A stretch of 40,000 bases of DNA, taken from Clostridiales bacterium (lineage in GTDB: Bacteria; Bacillota; Clostridia; TANB77; CAG-508). The first letter of the stretch is position 1. Each line of letters begins with the position of its first letter. The DNA is taken from assembly GCA_013333035.2 (NCBI GenBank), contig JABCPQ020000017.1, forward strand, positions 1 through 40,000. Reading direction: 5' to 3'. The notes beneath the pieces are model-generated. The model saw only the letters and a program-made list of their open reading frames with translations. It ran no database searches and was not told where the DNA came from. A program made the translations under genes and the position numbers. Below, piece after piece: positions 17,568-26,913 of the stretch.

Positions 17568-18004
17568 ATATTCATCTTTTTAGGACATTTAATACATCCC
17601 ATATTATTAATATTATAACCATTCAAACTAATACCAAGTTCTTTAAAAGTATACACTGCAAGACGATTCAAACTATCATCAGATAAAACAGTTTTTATCT
17701 TGCTAGATTCTTCATCTGCAATTTCAGGCTTAATATTCAAAATATCAGTCATAAATAATTTAACAATATTACTAGCCTCTAACACTTTAATTGCTTCACG
17801 TTCACCAATCTCAGTAATTTTAATAGGCTCATAATGTTTATATTCAATTAACTCCATCTGTGCCAAAACATTAACTGCAACAGTAACACTAGCCTTAGTT
17901 TTATTCATTTTTTTAGCAATATCAGTAACTCTTACTTCCCCCATTGCATTATTTAATAAATATATAACTTTTAAATATTCTTCTTGCGAATTCGTTAAAA
18001 CCAT
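17558..18004 (-). CDS. DtxR/MntR-family metal-dependent transcriptional regulator
   Basis: SQEEYLKVIYLL ... VRVTDIAKKMNKTKASVTVAVNVLAQMELIEY is a typical DtxR-type wHTH N-terminus, followed by a dimerisation/metal domain. Length 148 aa. Confidence 0.8.
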   Translation of the reverse strand: MVLTNSQEEYLKVIYLLNNAMGEVRVTDIAKKMNKTKASVTVAVNVLAQMELIEYKHYEPIKITEIGEREAIKVLEASNIVKLFMTDILNIKPEIADEESSKIKTVLSDDSLNRLAVYTFKELGISLNGYNINNMGCIKCPKKMNIKK

Positions 18005-18125
18005 AATACCTCATTTCTTATGCAATTATATCATTTACTTTAACATTGTCAAATAAAATTAATATTTAATCAATAGACAACAATAAAATTTTATATTATA
18101 CTTTCTATATACTAAGGAGGCAATT

Positions 18126-18449
18126 ATGGCAAAATTTAAAACACTATTAACATTAATAATATTAATTATATTATTGCAAATACCAGTTTTTGCTACAAAT
18201 ACTACTAAAACAAATGTAACTAGTTCAGACACAACGACACAATCATCACAAACACAAACTACTGAAACATCTGCAAACTCTCAATCAGTAGCAAATCAAG
18301 GAACACCAATATCAAGCGTAAGTTCCATAAATTCACCTGTAAATCCAACAGTTTTAGGAATATCAGAAATTCTAAATATCATCTTAATAGCAATTGGAAT
18401 AGTAATCATATTCTTAGCATTTGCAATATTTGCAAGATTAAAAAAATAA
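18126..18449 (+). CDS. small Thr/Ser/Gln-rich surface protein (signal peptide + C-terminal TM anchor)
   Basis: AAGGAGG RBS. N-terminus MAKFKTLLTLIILIILLQIPVFA. A low-complexity T/S/Q stretch. C-terminus ILNIILIAIGIVIIFLAFAIFARLKK. Confidence 0.55.
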   Translation: MAKFKTLLTLIILIILLQIPVFATNTTKTNVTSSDTTTQSSQTQTTETSANSQSVANQGTPISSVSSINSPVNPTVLGISEILNIILIAIGIVIIFLAFAIFARLKK

Positions 18450-18476
18450 TTGTGTATAAGCACAATTATTTTTTTA
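18446..18476. terminator. bidirectional terminator
   Basis: ATAATTGTG (18446-18454) / CACAATTAT (18461-18469), a perfect 9-bp stem. An A-run lies before it and T6 after it. Confidence 0.75.
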
Positions 18477-19259
18477 TAAAAATCTTCCAATTAAATTCCT
18501 CTTATTTTCAAAACTTTCATTCAAAGATACTCCAAATTCATTATTCTCCAAAATATAATCAATCCACTTCAAAGCACATTCCTTTATAAATTTAATCTCA
18601 ATTTCTTTTAATTCAATATCATCACCATAATATGAATCAATAAAATATTTTATTCCAACCAAATCAACACCATACTTCTTAGAAACAAAAAACAAAATAA
18701 TCAAAATAGATACATCAATAACAGATTCACCATATTTAGCATCATCAAAATCAATAAATTCAACAACGCCATTATTATTTAAAACATTATCTTTTGTCAA
18801 ATCAAAATGCAATAAAGATTTTCTTTTCAAATTTATACCAAAATCAATCTCTTCAAAACCAATATTATTAGTAAACAAGTCATGTATTTTTCTAACATTT
18901 TTAGCTATTTCAAAAATAATATCTCTATTAATTAAACCATTAACATCATATTTAATAGGCTCCCCATCTAAAAATTCATAAACTATCATATAATAATTAT
19001 TTATTTCAACATACCCAATATTATCAATACTCTTAATAATCTTAGGTACCTTAATATTAGCATTATTTAAAATCTCAGATATTTTAATCATCCTATTAAC
19101 ATGCTCCAAATCATTATAAATCTTAATGATATATCTAAAATTATTTGAATAAACATCATATACATTTCCAACACTTGATTTAAGATTTTTAACAACTCTA
19201 TTTTCAATGCCATATTTTTCACTAATAACTTTACTAATTATATCAATATCCATCTTCAT
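18474..19259 (-). CDS. APH/choline-kinase-family phosphotransferase
   Basis: The catalytic loop LLHFDLTKDNVL (HxDxxxxN) and FIDFDDAKYG (DFD Mg-binding motif) are characteristic of the aminoglycoside phosphotransferase / kinase-like fold. Confidence 0.7.
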   Translation of the reverse strand: MKMDIDIISKVISEKYGIENRVVKNLKSSVGNVYDVYSNNFRYIIKIYNDLEHVNRMIKISEILNNANIKVPKIIKSIDNIGYVEINNYYMIVYEFLDGEPIKYDVNGLINRDIIFEIAKNVRKIHDLFTNNIGFEEIDFGINLKRKSLLHFDLTKDNVLNNNGVVEFIDFDDAKYGESVIDVSILIILFFVSKKYGVDLVGIKYFIDSYYGDDIELKEIEIKFIKECALKWIDYILENNEFGVSLNESFENKRNLIGRFL

Positions 19260-19285
19260 TCCTCATTAAATTCCAAATTATATAA

Positions 19286-19320
19286 AAATGAAGTATCAAG
19301 TAAAACTTAACACTTCATTT
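19286..19320 (-). terminator. possible terminator after smpB
   Basis: AAATGAAGT / ACTTCATTT form a 9-bp stem with a 17-nt loop, followed by TTTAT on the minus strand. The large loop and weak T-run lower confidence. Confidence 0.35.
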
Positions 19321-19324
19321 AATA

Positions 19325-19769
19325 TTACTTATATTCTTTCAATTTTCTTTCAATATCACGTTTCTTAATATCTTCCCTTTTATCAAACAATTTTTTACCT
19401 CTTCCAACACCAAGTGTCATTTTAACAAAATTCTTATTAAAATATAAATCAATCGGTACTAATGTCAAACCTTTTAAATTAACCATTCCAACTAATTTAT
19501 GAATTTCACTCTTATTTAATAAAAGTTTTCTAACACGTAATGGATCTTTATTAAAAATATTTCCATAATCATAAGGAGAAATATGCATACTATATACAAA
19601 CACTTCACCATTCTTATCAACAGAAGCATAAGAATCTTTCATATTAACTCTACCGAGCTCTAATAGATTTAATCTCAGTACCATATAATACAATACCCGC
19701 TTCATACTTATCAATAATTTCATAATTATGATAAGCTGTTGGATTTTTAGCAATAATCTTCTTCTCCAT
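19325..19769 (-). pseudogene. smpB: SsrA-binding protein SmpB gene split by a single-nucleotide frameshift
   Basis: The ATG at 19769 (AGGGAG RBS 5 nt upstream) gives [39 protein letters not shown], with the stop at 19652-19650. The next frame continues [54 protein letters not shown]...[11 protein letters not shown]. Removing the C of GAGCTC (19655-19660) yields IRAGRVNMK, matching the canonical [15 protein letters not shown]. Confidence 0.85.
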
Positions 19770-19785
19770 TACATCTCCCTAAATA

Positions 19786-20715
19786 TTAAGCTTTACCACT
19801 ACAACCAAATACATCTCTCATCTTGTGTGCAACAGCATCTTCAATATATTCTCTACCAAGTCCCATATATTTTCTAGGATCAAAAACTTCTGGACTTTCA
19901 ACAAATGTTTTTCTAATTCCTGCAGTCATAGCAAGTCTTAAATCTGTATCAACATTAATCTTAGAAACACCTCTTAAACTAGCTTCATGAAGCATTTCAT
20001 CTGGACAACCTTTTGCACCAGGCAAATTAGCACCATATTCATTACACATTTTAACATATTCTTGAATAACTGTTGAAGCACCATGTAAAACAATTGGTGT
20101 ATTTGGCAATTTAGCTTTAACTTTTTCCAAAATATCAAATCTCAATTTAGCATCACCTTTAAACTTATAAGCACCATGACTTGTACCAATAGCAATAGCT
20201 AAAGAATCACAACCTGTTCTTTGAACAAAATCATAAGCTTGATCTGGATCAGTATATAATGCATCATCATCTTTAACATTAACCTCATCTTCAACACCAG
20301 CTAATCTTCCAAGTTCAGCCTCAACTACTACACCATGTGCATGTGCATAATCAACTACTTCTTTAGTTTTAGCAACATTTTCTTCATAATCATACTTTGA
20401 ACCATCAAACATAACTGATGTATACCCTGCATCAATACATTCTTTACATGTTTCAAAATCAGGACCATGATCTAAGTGAATTGCAACTGGTATATCATGT
20501 TCTTCAAGTCCCGCTTCAACCATTTTCATTAAATATGGAATTCTAGCATATTTAATAGCAGATGATGATGTTTGTAAAATAACTGGAGAATTTTCTTTTG
20601 CTGCAGCATCCATAATTGCTTGAACAAACTCCATATTATTAATATTAAATGCACCAATTGCATATTTTCCTTCCATTGCTTTTTTAAACATTTCTGTTGT
20701 TGTAACTAATGACAT
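19786..20715 (-). CDS. fba: class II fructose-1,6-bisphosphate aldolase
   Basis: AIGAFNINNMEF, HLDHG, MFDGS, AIGTSHGAYK and LHGAS are canonical class II FBA motifs. Confidence 0.95.
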   Translation of the reverse strand: MSLVTTTEMFKKAMEGKYAIGAFNINNMEFVQAIMDAAAKENSPVILQTSSSAIKYARIPYLMKMVEAGLEEHDIPVAIHLDHGPDFETCKECIDAGYTSVMFDGSKYDYEENVAKTKEVVDYAHAHGVVVEAELGRLAGVEDEVNVKDDDALYTDPDQAYDFVQRTGCDSLAIAIGTSHGAYKFKGDAKLRFDILEKVKAKLPNTPIVLHGASTVIQEYVKMCNEYGANLPGAKGCPDEMLHEASLRGVSKINVDTDLRLAMTAGIRKTFVESPEVFDPRKYMGLGREYIEDAVAHKMRDVFGCSGKA

Positions 20716-20742
20716 ATATAATTTCCTCCTATTGTATTTTAA

Positions 20743-21696
20743 TTATTCTTTAATGATATTATCAATTTCAAATTTCATTGATTCTAATACACCATAACTA
20801 TAATCAAATTTCTTTTGTTCTTCTTCATTTAAAGGCACATTAACAATTTCCTCAATACCAGTATTTCCAATAATTGCAGGAACACCTATAAACATTCCTT
20901 TATGACCATATTCACCATTCAAATAAGCTGAAACAGTCATAATCTCTTCTTCATTATTTAAAATTACTTTAACTATTTTAGCTAAAGCTAATCCAACACC
21001 ATAATATGTAGCTTTCTTACGATTAATAATTTCATAAGCAGCTTGTTGTACACCTTTATAAAATTCATCTAAAATAGATAAGTCTTCTCCTCTATCTTCA
21101 AGCTCTTGTATTAAAGATTTACATCCAATAAAAGAATGAGACCAAGGAATAAATGATGAATCACCATGTTCACCCATTACATAAGCATGAACATTCTTAG
21201 GAGATATTCCTAATTTATCACCAACAATATATCTTAATCTTGCAGAATCAAGTGATGTTCCAGAACCAATAACTCTTTCCTTTGGAAATCCTGAAACTTC
21301 CCCTACAACATATGTCATTAAATCACATGGGTTTGTTGCAACAACAAAAACTCCATTAAATCCTGCTTTAACACAGTTTCTTGTAATATCTGCCATAATT
21401 TTAGCATTAATTTTTAATAACTCTAATCTAGTTTGACCAGGCTTTTGAGCCATACCAGCTGTAATTAAAACAATATCTGCATCAGCACATTCATCATAAT
21501 TTCCAGATCTAATATCAACTCTACTTGGAGCACAAGATAAACCATGAGCTAAATCCATTGCTTCACCTTCTGCTTTATCTTTCAAAACATCTACTAAAAC
21601 CATTTCATTAACACCACCTTGGTTAATTAATGAATAAGCTGCACTCATTCCTACAAATCCTGTTCCAACTAAAACTACTTTTCTCTTATTTATCAT
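20743..21696 (-). CDS. ldh: L-lactate dehydrogenase
   Basis: VVLVGTGFVGMS (NAD-binding), ITAGMAQKPGQTRLEL, GEHGDS. Start placed at the ATG at 21696 (GAGGAGG 6 nt upstream) rather than 21714. Confidence 0.95.
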   Translation of the reverse strand: MINKRKVVLVGTGFVGMSAAYSLINQGGVNEMVLVDVLKDKAEGEAMDLAHGLSCAPSRVDIRSGNYDECADADIVLITAGMAQKPGQTRLELLKINAKIMADITRNCVKAGFNGVFVVATNPCDLMTYVVGEVSGFPKERVIGSGTSLDSARLRYIVGDKLGISPKNVHAYVMGEHGDSSFIPWSHSFIGCKSLIQELEDRGEDLSILDEFYKGVQQAAYEIINRKKATYYGVGLALAKIVKVILNNEEEIMTVSAYLNGEYGHKGMFIGVPAIIGNTGIEEIVNVPLNEEEQKKFDYSYGVLESMKFEIDNIIKE

Positions 21697-21729
21697 AATT
21701 TCCTCCTCTGTCATAGTATTTTCTACTGC

Positions 21730-21758
21730 ATTATATCTCTATAATAAATTATAATCAA
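21730..21758 (-). promoter_or_regulatory. putative promoter of ldh-fba
   Basis: Minus strand: TTGATT (21758-21753), 17 nt, TATAAT (21735-21730). Confidence 0.5.
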
Positions 21759-21767
21759 TATCAAAAC

Positions 21768-22670
21768 CTATAAAATACAATTGATCTCAACACTCTGATA
21801 TTTTTTCTTAATATCTTTTTTTACATTTTCCTTTAATTCAATAATCTTAGCAATTTTTTCTTCATTAAGCTTATCTGAAATAATAATATTCAATTTAATA
21901 TGCATTCCAACTTTATATACTTCATATTTTTTCTTATTTAATAAACCAGAAAAATTTTTATCTGCACTATCTATAATTTCTTTTCTAATATTATCATCAA
22001 TAACAATCCCACCAGTTAATTCATTAAATCCTTGTTTCAAAATTGAAAAAGGTTCTTTAATTGAAAAAATAACAATGCATAAAGTTATAAAAAAATCACC
22101 TGTATAATGTAAAAATCCAAACATTCCATCTTTTTTTACAATAAATAATAATAAAATTGCAACACCTATACCAAGAGATTGAATTCCATCAATAAAATTA
22201 GACTTTGATTCTGCTTCAAGCATAGTACTAATATTATTCATTCTTTTATTTTGCATTCTATTATAATAACCAATTCCAAAGCACAAAATAACCATTGAAA
22301 TAGTATATGGTAATACAGATGTTGTATTCATAGCTTCACCAACACCATTCACAAAATATTTATATGCACTAACACTAGTTTCAAAAAGTGATTGCCCAAG
22401 CACAATAAAAATTATAATTGATTCAATTATTGCATAAAAAGGTTCCAAAAAATATAATCCTTCGGGATGTCTCTTTGTCTTTTTTCTGCTTAATCCAACT
22501 AAAATCATTCCAACAATTGCAGATATTAGTGAAACAATTGAAAAAAAACAATCCAAAAATAGCGCTTGTATTTTAGTAACACTAAAAATCCAAATCCCTG
22601 CAATTACTACTATAAAATTAACTAAAATAGTCATCCTTAATGACCTATCTTCTATCTTCTTTTGTGTCAT
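21768..22670 (-). CDS. probable cation-diffusion-facilitator-type membrane transporter
   Basis: About six TM segments followed by a ~90-aa cytoplasmic C-terminal domain, with Asp/His in TM2/TM5-like positions (LFLDCFFSIVS). The family call is architectural only. The start is ambiguous: the ATG at 22670 is 12 nt from GGAGG, and the TTG at 22679 is only 3 nt from it. Confidence 0.5.
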   Translation of the reverse strand: MTQKKIEDRSLRMTILVNFIVVIAGIWIFSVTKIQALFLDCFFSIVSLISAIVGMILVGLSRKKTKRHPEGLYFLEPFYAIIESIIIFIVLGQSLFETSVSAYKYFVNGVGEAMNTTSVLPYTISMVILCFGIGYYNRMQNKRMNNISTMLEAESKSNFIDGIQSLGIGVAILLLFIVKKDGMFGFLHYTGDFFITLCIVIFSIKEPFSILKQGFNELTGGIVIDDNIRKEIIDSADKNFSGLLNKKKYEVYKVGMHIKLNIIISDKLNEEKIAKIIELKENVKKDIKKKYQSVEINCIL

Positions 22671-22706
22671 ATTAATCAACTTCCTCCAATTAGAATTTTA
22701 ACACAA

Positions 22707-22740
22707 GAAAAAAACAGTATCAATACTACATTGATACTGT
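22707..22740 (-). terminator. rho-independent terminator after the 128-aa membrane protein gene
   Basis: ACAGTATCAAT (22714-22724) / ATTGATACTGT (22730-22740), a perfect 11-bp stem with a 5-nt loop. T7 follows on the minus strand (22707-22713). Confidence 0.85.
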
Positions 22741-22753
22741 CCATTTTTCCTAT

Positions 22754-23140
22754 TTATTCTTCTTTTTTAGTTTTCGTTGTTTTAGTTACTTTAGCTTTTT
22801 TTGCCAATTCTTTTCTAATATCAGCAATTTCATCCTCAAGTTTATCAGTCCTTAATTGTTTATTTTTGTGATCAACAATTAACAAAACAGCAAAACCTAA
22901 ATACATATAAACTTGTCCAATAATAATATTCTTTACCAATAATACCATTAATTCAACATTATTAATATTTAACATTAATTCAACTGTTTGTACAGCTAAA
23001 ATTAACATTGAACATATAACAACAACCATTGGTAATGTGTTTTTCTTTTCTTTAAGACCAACCCATAATAACAATGCAACTAATAATAGTGTTGCCGAAG
23101 CATTAAAAGGTTCAGTATAATCCAATAAAGGTAATCTCAT
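22754..23140 (-). CDS. hypothetical membrane protein with a Lys-rich coiled C-terminal tail
   Basis: Three or four hydrophobic helices, then KLEDEIADIRKELAKKAKVTKTTKTKKEE. No recognised family. Confidence 0.5.
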   Translation of the reverse strand: MRLPLLDYTEPFNASATLLLVALLLWVGLKEKKNTLPMVVVICSMLILAVQTVELMLNINNVELMVLLVKNIIIGQVYMYLGFAVLLIVDHKNKQLRTDKLEDEIADIRKELAKKAKVTKTTKTKKEE

Positions 23141-23161
23141 ACTCCTATTTTCTCCTTTGTA

Positions 23162-24526
23162 CTATTTTAATTTTTCTTCAATCAAATCTGCAACTTCTCT
23201 AGCTTTTTTAGTAATATACTCTTGATTTTCTCCTTCAATCATAACTCTAACCAATGGCTCTGTACCAGAAGGTCTAATCAACACTCTACCATTTCCATCA
23301 AACTCTTCATTAAGCTTTTCAATTGCATCAACAATCTCAGGATTTTTATCAAAATCATATTTTTTATTACTATCTACTTTTGCATTAATCAAAACTTGTG
23401 GATAAATATTAATAACTTTCTGTAATTCAGATAACTTCTTTCCAGAATCAAATATTGTTTTTATCAACATTAAAGATGTCAAAATACCATCACCAGTTGG
23501 ATTATAATCTAAGAAAATAACATGACCTGATTGTTCTCCACCTAAATTATAACCATTCTTTAACATATTTTCAAGTACATATCTATCACCAACTTTTGTT
23601 TCAACAAAATCAATATCATTGTTTTCGCAAAACTTCTTCATGCCAAGATTACTCATAACAGTTGCAACAATTGCATTATTTTTCAATTCACCTTTTTTCT
23701 TCATAGCACTACCAATTAATGAAAGAATTATATCACCATCAATAATCTCACCTTTATCATTAACAGCCAAACATCTATCACCATCACCATCATAAGCAAT
23801 ACCAATATCACATTTATTAGTAACAACAAAGTTTTGAAGCATTTCCATATGTGTAGAACCACAATTTTCATTAATATTAGTACCATTTGGTGTATTATTT
23901 AAAATATAATGTTTAATTCCTAAAGCTGTAAAAACTTTATCTGCAATAACTGATGTAGCGCCATTTGCAGTATCAATAGCAACTGTAAAATCATCAACAC
24001 CATTTTCTTCAAAATAATCTTCAAAATTCTTTCTAAAGAAATACAAATATTCATCAAGTAAATCTTCTCTTACTTCAGATACACCTATTTTACTTCCTTT
24101 AGCAGTTAACTTTTCTACTTCACCTGAATCCAAAATTTCTTCAATTTCTGTTTCAATTTCATCAGGAATTTTCATTCCTAAATTACTAAAATACTTAATA
24201 CCATTAAAATCATAAGCATTATGTGATGCTGAAATAACAACACTCGCATCTGCTTTTAATTTTTTAGTCAAATATGCAACACCAGGAGTAGGTATAACTC
24301 CAATAAGTTTAACATTAGCGCCATAACTTAAAAATCCAGCAGTCATAGCAGCTTCAATTAATGTTCCAGAAATTCTCGTATCCCTGCCAATTAAAATAGT
24401 AGGAGATTTTCCATTCAAATGCTTCGACAAAACATAAGCACCAGCTTTAGCAACTTTATAAACCAACTCAGGTGTTAACTCTGTATTAGCGATTCTTCTA
24501 ATTCCATCTGTACCAAAATATTTCAT
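23162..24526 (-). CDS. glmM: phosphoglucosamine mutase
   Basis: MKYFGTDGIRRIAN, phosphoserine loop SASHNAYDFNGIKYF, Mg loop DGDGDR, GEQSGH. Confidence 0.95.
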   Translation of the reverse strand: MKYFGTDGIRRIANTELTPELVYKVAKAGAYVLSKHLNGKSPTILIGRDTRISGTLIEAAMTAGFLSYGANVKLIGVIPTPGVAYLTKKLKADASVVISASHNAYDFNGIKYFSNLGMKIPDEIETEIEEILDSGEVEKLTAKGSKIGVSEVREDLLDEYLYFFRKNFEDYFEENGVDDFTVAIDTANGATSVIADKVFTALGIKHYILNNTPNGTNINENCGSTHMEMLQNFVVTNKCDIGIAYDGDGDRCLAVNDKGEIIDGDIILSLIGSAMKKKGELKNNAIVATVMSNLGMKKFCENNDIDFVETKVGDRYVLENMLKNGYNLGGEQSGHVIFLDYNPTGDGILTSLMLIKTIFDSGKKLSELQKVINIYPQVLINAKVDSNKKYDFDKNPEIVDAIEKLNEEFDGNGRVLIRPSGTEPLVRVMIEGENQEYITKKAREVADLIEEKLK

Positions 24527-24530
24527 AATA

Positions 24531-25961
24531 TTAAGTCCTTTCTTTAAACTTAGGAATAAATTTTCCCAAGATTTTTATAAAAATTTTTTTATTAACTGCA
24601 ACACTATATAATATAACAAGCAATAAAATGATTCCATTTATTACATAACTTGTAACAATAGAAATATTCTTAAAATATCTAATATAATAAGTAAAACATA
24701 CTATTCCAAGTATTATCCCAGGTCCAAACATGTTTAACTCTTTAAGTTTAACTAAATCTTTTAATTTATATTTACGATAATAATATATAATCAAATTTGC
24801 AAGTAACGTAGAAATACAAGCTGCATAAATCTGCATTTTCCAAATTAAAATTAAATCAACAACCAAATTTATTATTGCCGCAAAAACAGTTGTTGTACCA
24901 ATAATCTTTGTTTTCTTAAATGCAGTAAAAATACCACCTATAAAACTAGATAAATTAGCATAATATGTCGCAATTATAATCAAAGGTATATAAATATATG
25001 CTTCACCATATTGTTTATTAATAAATAAATTAAAAACAAAAGGCATAACAGCAATCAAAAAAATAGTAACTGAAAAAAGTAATCTCTTCATATCATGATA
25101 AATACTATTATATACTTTTTTACTTCCCTCATCTTTTAAAATCTTAGCAGACGACTCTTTCCAAGCTGTATAAAAATATCCATAAACAACATTTATTATA
25201 TTAGGGAATTTACAAGCCATAGCATAAATTCCATTAACAGCTTCCCCAGAAATTTTTGTCAGTAGCACTCTATCAGACATATTAATAATCGCCCATGAAA
25301 TACTATTGGGAACTAATGGAACCGAATATTTAATCATTTTATTCATAATTATCTTATTATATTGTCCAACATACTTCCATATCTTCATTTTACCAAAAAC
25401 AAACAAAGCTGTAAAAGTATTCGCAATTGTATTCGCAATTAATAAAGCATTTCCTGATTTAAAAATCACAACCAAAACTATATTTAATAAAATTGTCAAA
25501 ATTCCTAATATAAAATTAGAAACCGAATATAATTTTATATTTCCCTCACCTCTAGCAAGAGAATTACTAAGACCAAGTAATAAATTTGAAATAACAAAAA
25601 ATATCACTAATCCTTGCATACCAGGACTATATTCAGTGCCAAATCCCATTACTATTAAAGCTAATGGAATAAATACAATAGTTCCAATAACAGAATAAAT
25701 AATAGTTTGACTTATTATTAACTTCTTTTCTTTTTCGCTCTTTGCATCAATCAAAAAACGAAACATAGATTCTTCCATTAACAATGTAATTAATGGACAA
25801 ATAAATATTGCTAAAGTACAAATAAAATCATAAGTTCCATAATCACCAGGTGTTAATAACTTTGTATAAAGAGGTAACAAAAAATATGAAATTACTTGTG
25901 TTCCAAGTTTACCAATCGCAATTATTATAATATTTTTAATTAATTGACTTTGATGACTCAT
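24531..25961 (-). CDS. MOP-superfamily polysaccharide flippase (Wzx-like)
   Basis: 476 aa with ~12-14 TM helices and the N-terminus IAIGKLGTQVISYFLLPLYTKLL typical of Wzx/polysaccharide biosynthesis proteins. Its start overlaps the upstream gene by 26 nt. Confidence 0.75.
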   Translation of the reverse strand: MSHQSQLIKNIIIIAIGKLGTQVISYFLLPLYTKLLTPGDYGTYDFICTLAIFICPLITLLMEESMFRFLIDAKSEKEKKLIISQTIIYSVIGTIVFIPLALIVMGFGTEYSPGMQGLVIFFVISNLLLGLSNSLARGEGNIKLYSVSNFILGILTILLNIVLVVIFKSGNALLIANTIANTFTALFVFGKMKIWKYVGQYNKIIMNKMIKYSVPLVPNSISWAIINMSDRVLLTKISGEAVNGIYAMACKFPNIINVVYGYFYTAWKESSAKILKDEGSKKVYNSIYHDMKRLLFSVTIFLIAVMPFVFNLFINKQYGEAYIYIPLIIIATYYANLSSFIGGIFTAFKKTKIIGTTTVFAAIINLVVDLILIWKMQIYAACISTLLANLIIYYYRKYKLKDLVKLKELNMFGPGIILGIVCFTYYIRYFKNISIVTSYVINGIILLLVILYSVAVNKKIFIKILGKFIPKFKERT

Positions 25962-26427
25962 TATCCTTTTCCTTATTTATTTCTTCAAACAACTTTTTTC
26001 TAAAATTCACATTATTACTAACAAATTTATTAGGAACAAACTCAATATCTAAAAGTTCCTGCAATTTATCAAAATCATAAAGTGGTAAAATATATCCTTC
26101 ACTAGAAAAATTATCTAAAATTTGCATTTGATGATCATTAACATGTTCACCATATTTTTTCATCCTCGCAGCAACAATCATCTTCTTTCCAAGTTGAACA
26201 CCCTTTAAAATAGTACCAACTCCTGCATGTGAAATTATAACTCTAGCATCATTAATATATTTTTTAAAATCTTCTGCATTCAAATAATCAAATATTTTAA
26301 TTTTATCAGATTTAAATTTAGTTGATCCAACTTGTGCAATAATTTCTTCATTAACTTCAAGTCTTTCAACTGCTTCAAGTAGCCTAGGAAAATGCTTATC
26401 CTGAGTGCCAAGCGTTACAAAAATCAT
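25936..26427 (-). CDS. Alg13/PssE-like glycosyltransferase C-terminal half (Glyco_tran_28_C)
   Basis: MIFVTLGTQDKHFPRLL ... ISHAGVGTILKGVQLGKKMIVAARMKKYGEHVNDHQMQI matches the Alg13/EpsF/PssE pattern. Confidence 0.75.
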   Translation of the reverse strand: MIFVTLGTQDKHFPRLLEAVERLEVNEEIIAQVGSTKFKSDKIKIFDYLNAEDFKKYINDARVIISHAGVGTILKGVQLGKKMIVAARMKKYGEHVNDHQMQILDNFSSEGYILPLYDFDKLQELLDIEFVPNKFVSNNVNFRKKLFEEINKEKDNESSKSIN

Positions 26428-26439
26428 ATCATTACTTCC

Positions 26440-26904
26440 TTAATAAATTGATCCCCAATAAACAGCCTTTGGATAAACATTAAGCATTTCCTTCCATTGA
26501 ACAACAAAAACATCTACATGCTTATAAATCATTTTTCCAGCCATTGTAGGAGTATTCCTATTTGCAAAAGTTTCAATCCAAATAACCTTTTTACCAGCCT
26601 TTTTAGCAATCAAACACATAAATAAAGCAGTATGTGAACCAGTAGAAACAATAACATCAGGATTAAATTTTTTAAAAATTCTACGTGATTTAAAATAATT
26701 AATTAAAAGTACAAAAAAATATTTAAATAAATTTTTTCGAGTACCATAAACTAAATAATCAACTTTATTTTCATACTTATCACCTAAATTTTTATTTGAT
26801 TTAGTTTTCTCAGTAACAACTCTATAATCATAATCTTCAATTCCAAGATGGAGAAGCTCATCTAAATGTCCTCCATCACTAGAAATAAATAATACTTTTT
26901 TCAA
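26440..26904 (-). CDS. Alg14/PssD-like glycosyltransferase membrane-anchor half
   Basis: LFISSDGGHLDELLHL and TGSHTALFMCLIAK. Size ~154 aa. Its position immediately upstream of the Alg13-like gene matches the PssD-PssE pair. Confidence 0.7.
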   Translation of the reverse strand: MKKVLFISSDGGHLDELLHLGIEDYDYRVVTEKTKSNKNLGDKYENKVDYLVYGTRKNLFKYFFVLLINYFKSRRIFKKFNPDVIVSTGSHTALFMCLIAKKAGKKVIWIETFANRNTPTMAGKMIYKHVDVFVVQWKEMLNVYPKAVYWGSIY

Positions 26905-26913
26905 ATTAAACTC

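Noticed and set aside
18058-18070. Palindrome ATTAA-TAT-TTAAT in the DtxR / surface-protein divergent region as a metalloregulator operator
   Set aside because: A 13-bp all-A/T palindrome is expected by chance in DNA this AT-rich, and it does not resemble the operators I can recall for the family. It is not supportable without comparative data.
18296-18490. 64-aa minus-strand ORF overlapping the small surface-protein gene and its terminator
   Set aside because: It spans the terminator hairpin and is antisense to an ORF that has a strong RBS and signal peptide. It is most likely spurious.
19655-19660. The SacI site (GAGCTC) at the smpB frameshift as evidence of engineering
   Set aside because: A single 6-bp site arising from a one-base insertion is easily coincidental. 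No vector-like sequence or scar surrounds it.
19654-19753. N-terminal ~33 aa of the ORF-track smpB product ([33 protein letters not shown])
   Set aside because: This is an out-of-frame read-through of the true smpB 5' region. The authentic N-terminus is in the adjacent frame, starting at 19769.
25306-25698. 130-aa plus-strand ORF antisense to the Wzx flippase gene
   Set aside because: It lies entirely inside a well-supported minus-strand membrane-protein gene. It has low-complexity I/F/K/N composition typical of antisense frames in AT-rich DNA, with no RBS. The same reasoning applies to 2233-2502, 3380-3610, 10848-11054, 22662-22871, 23222-23425, 30560-30814, 34940-35167 and 35471-35845.
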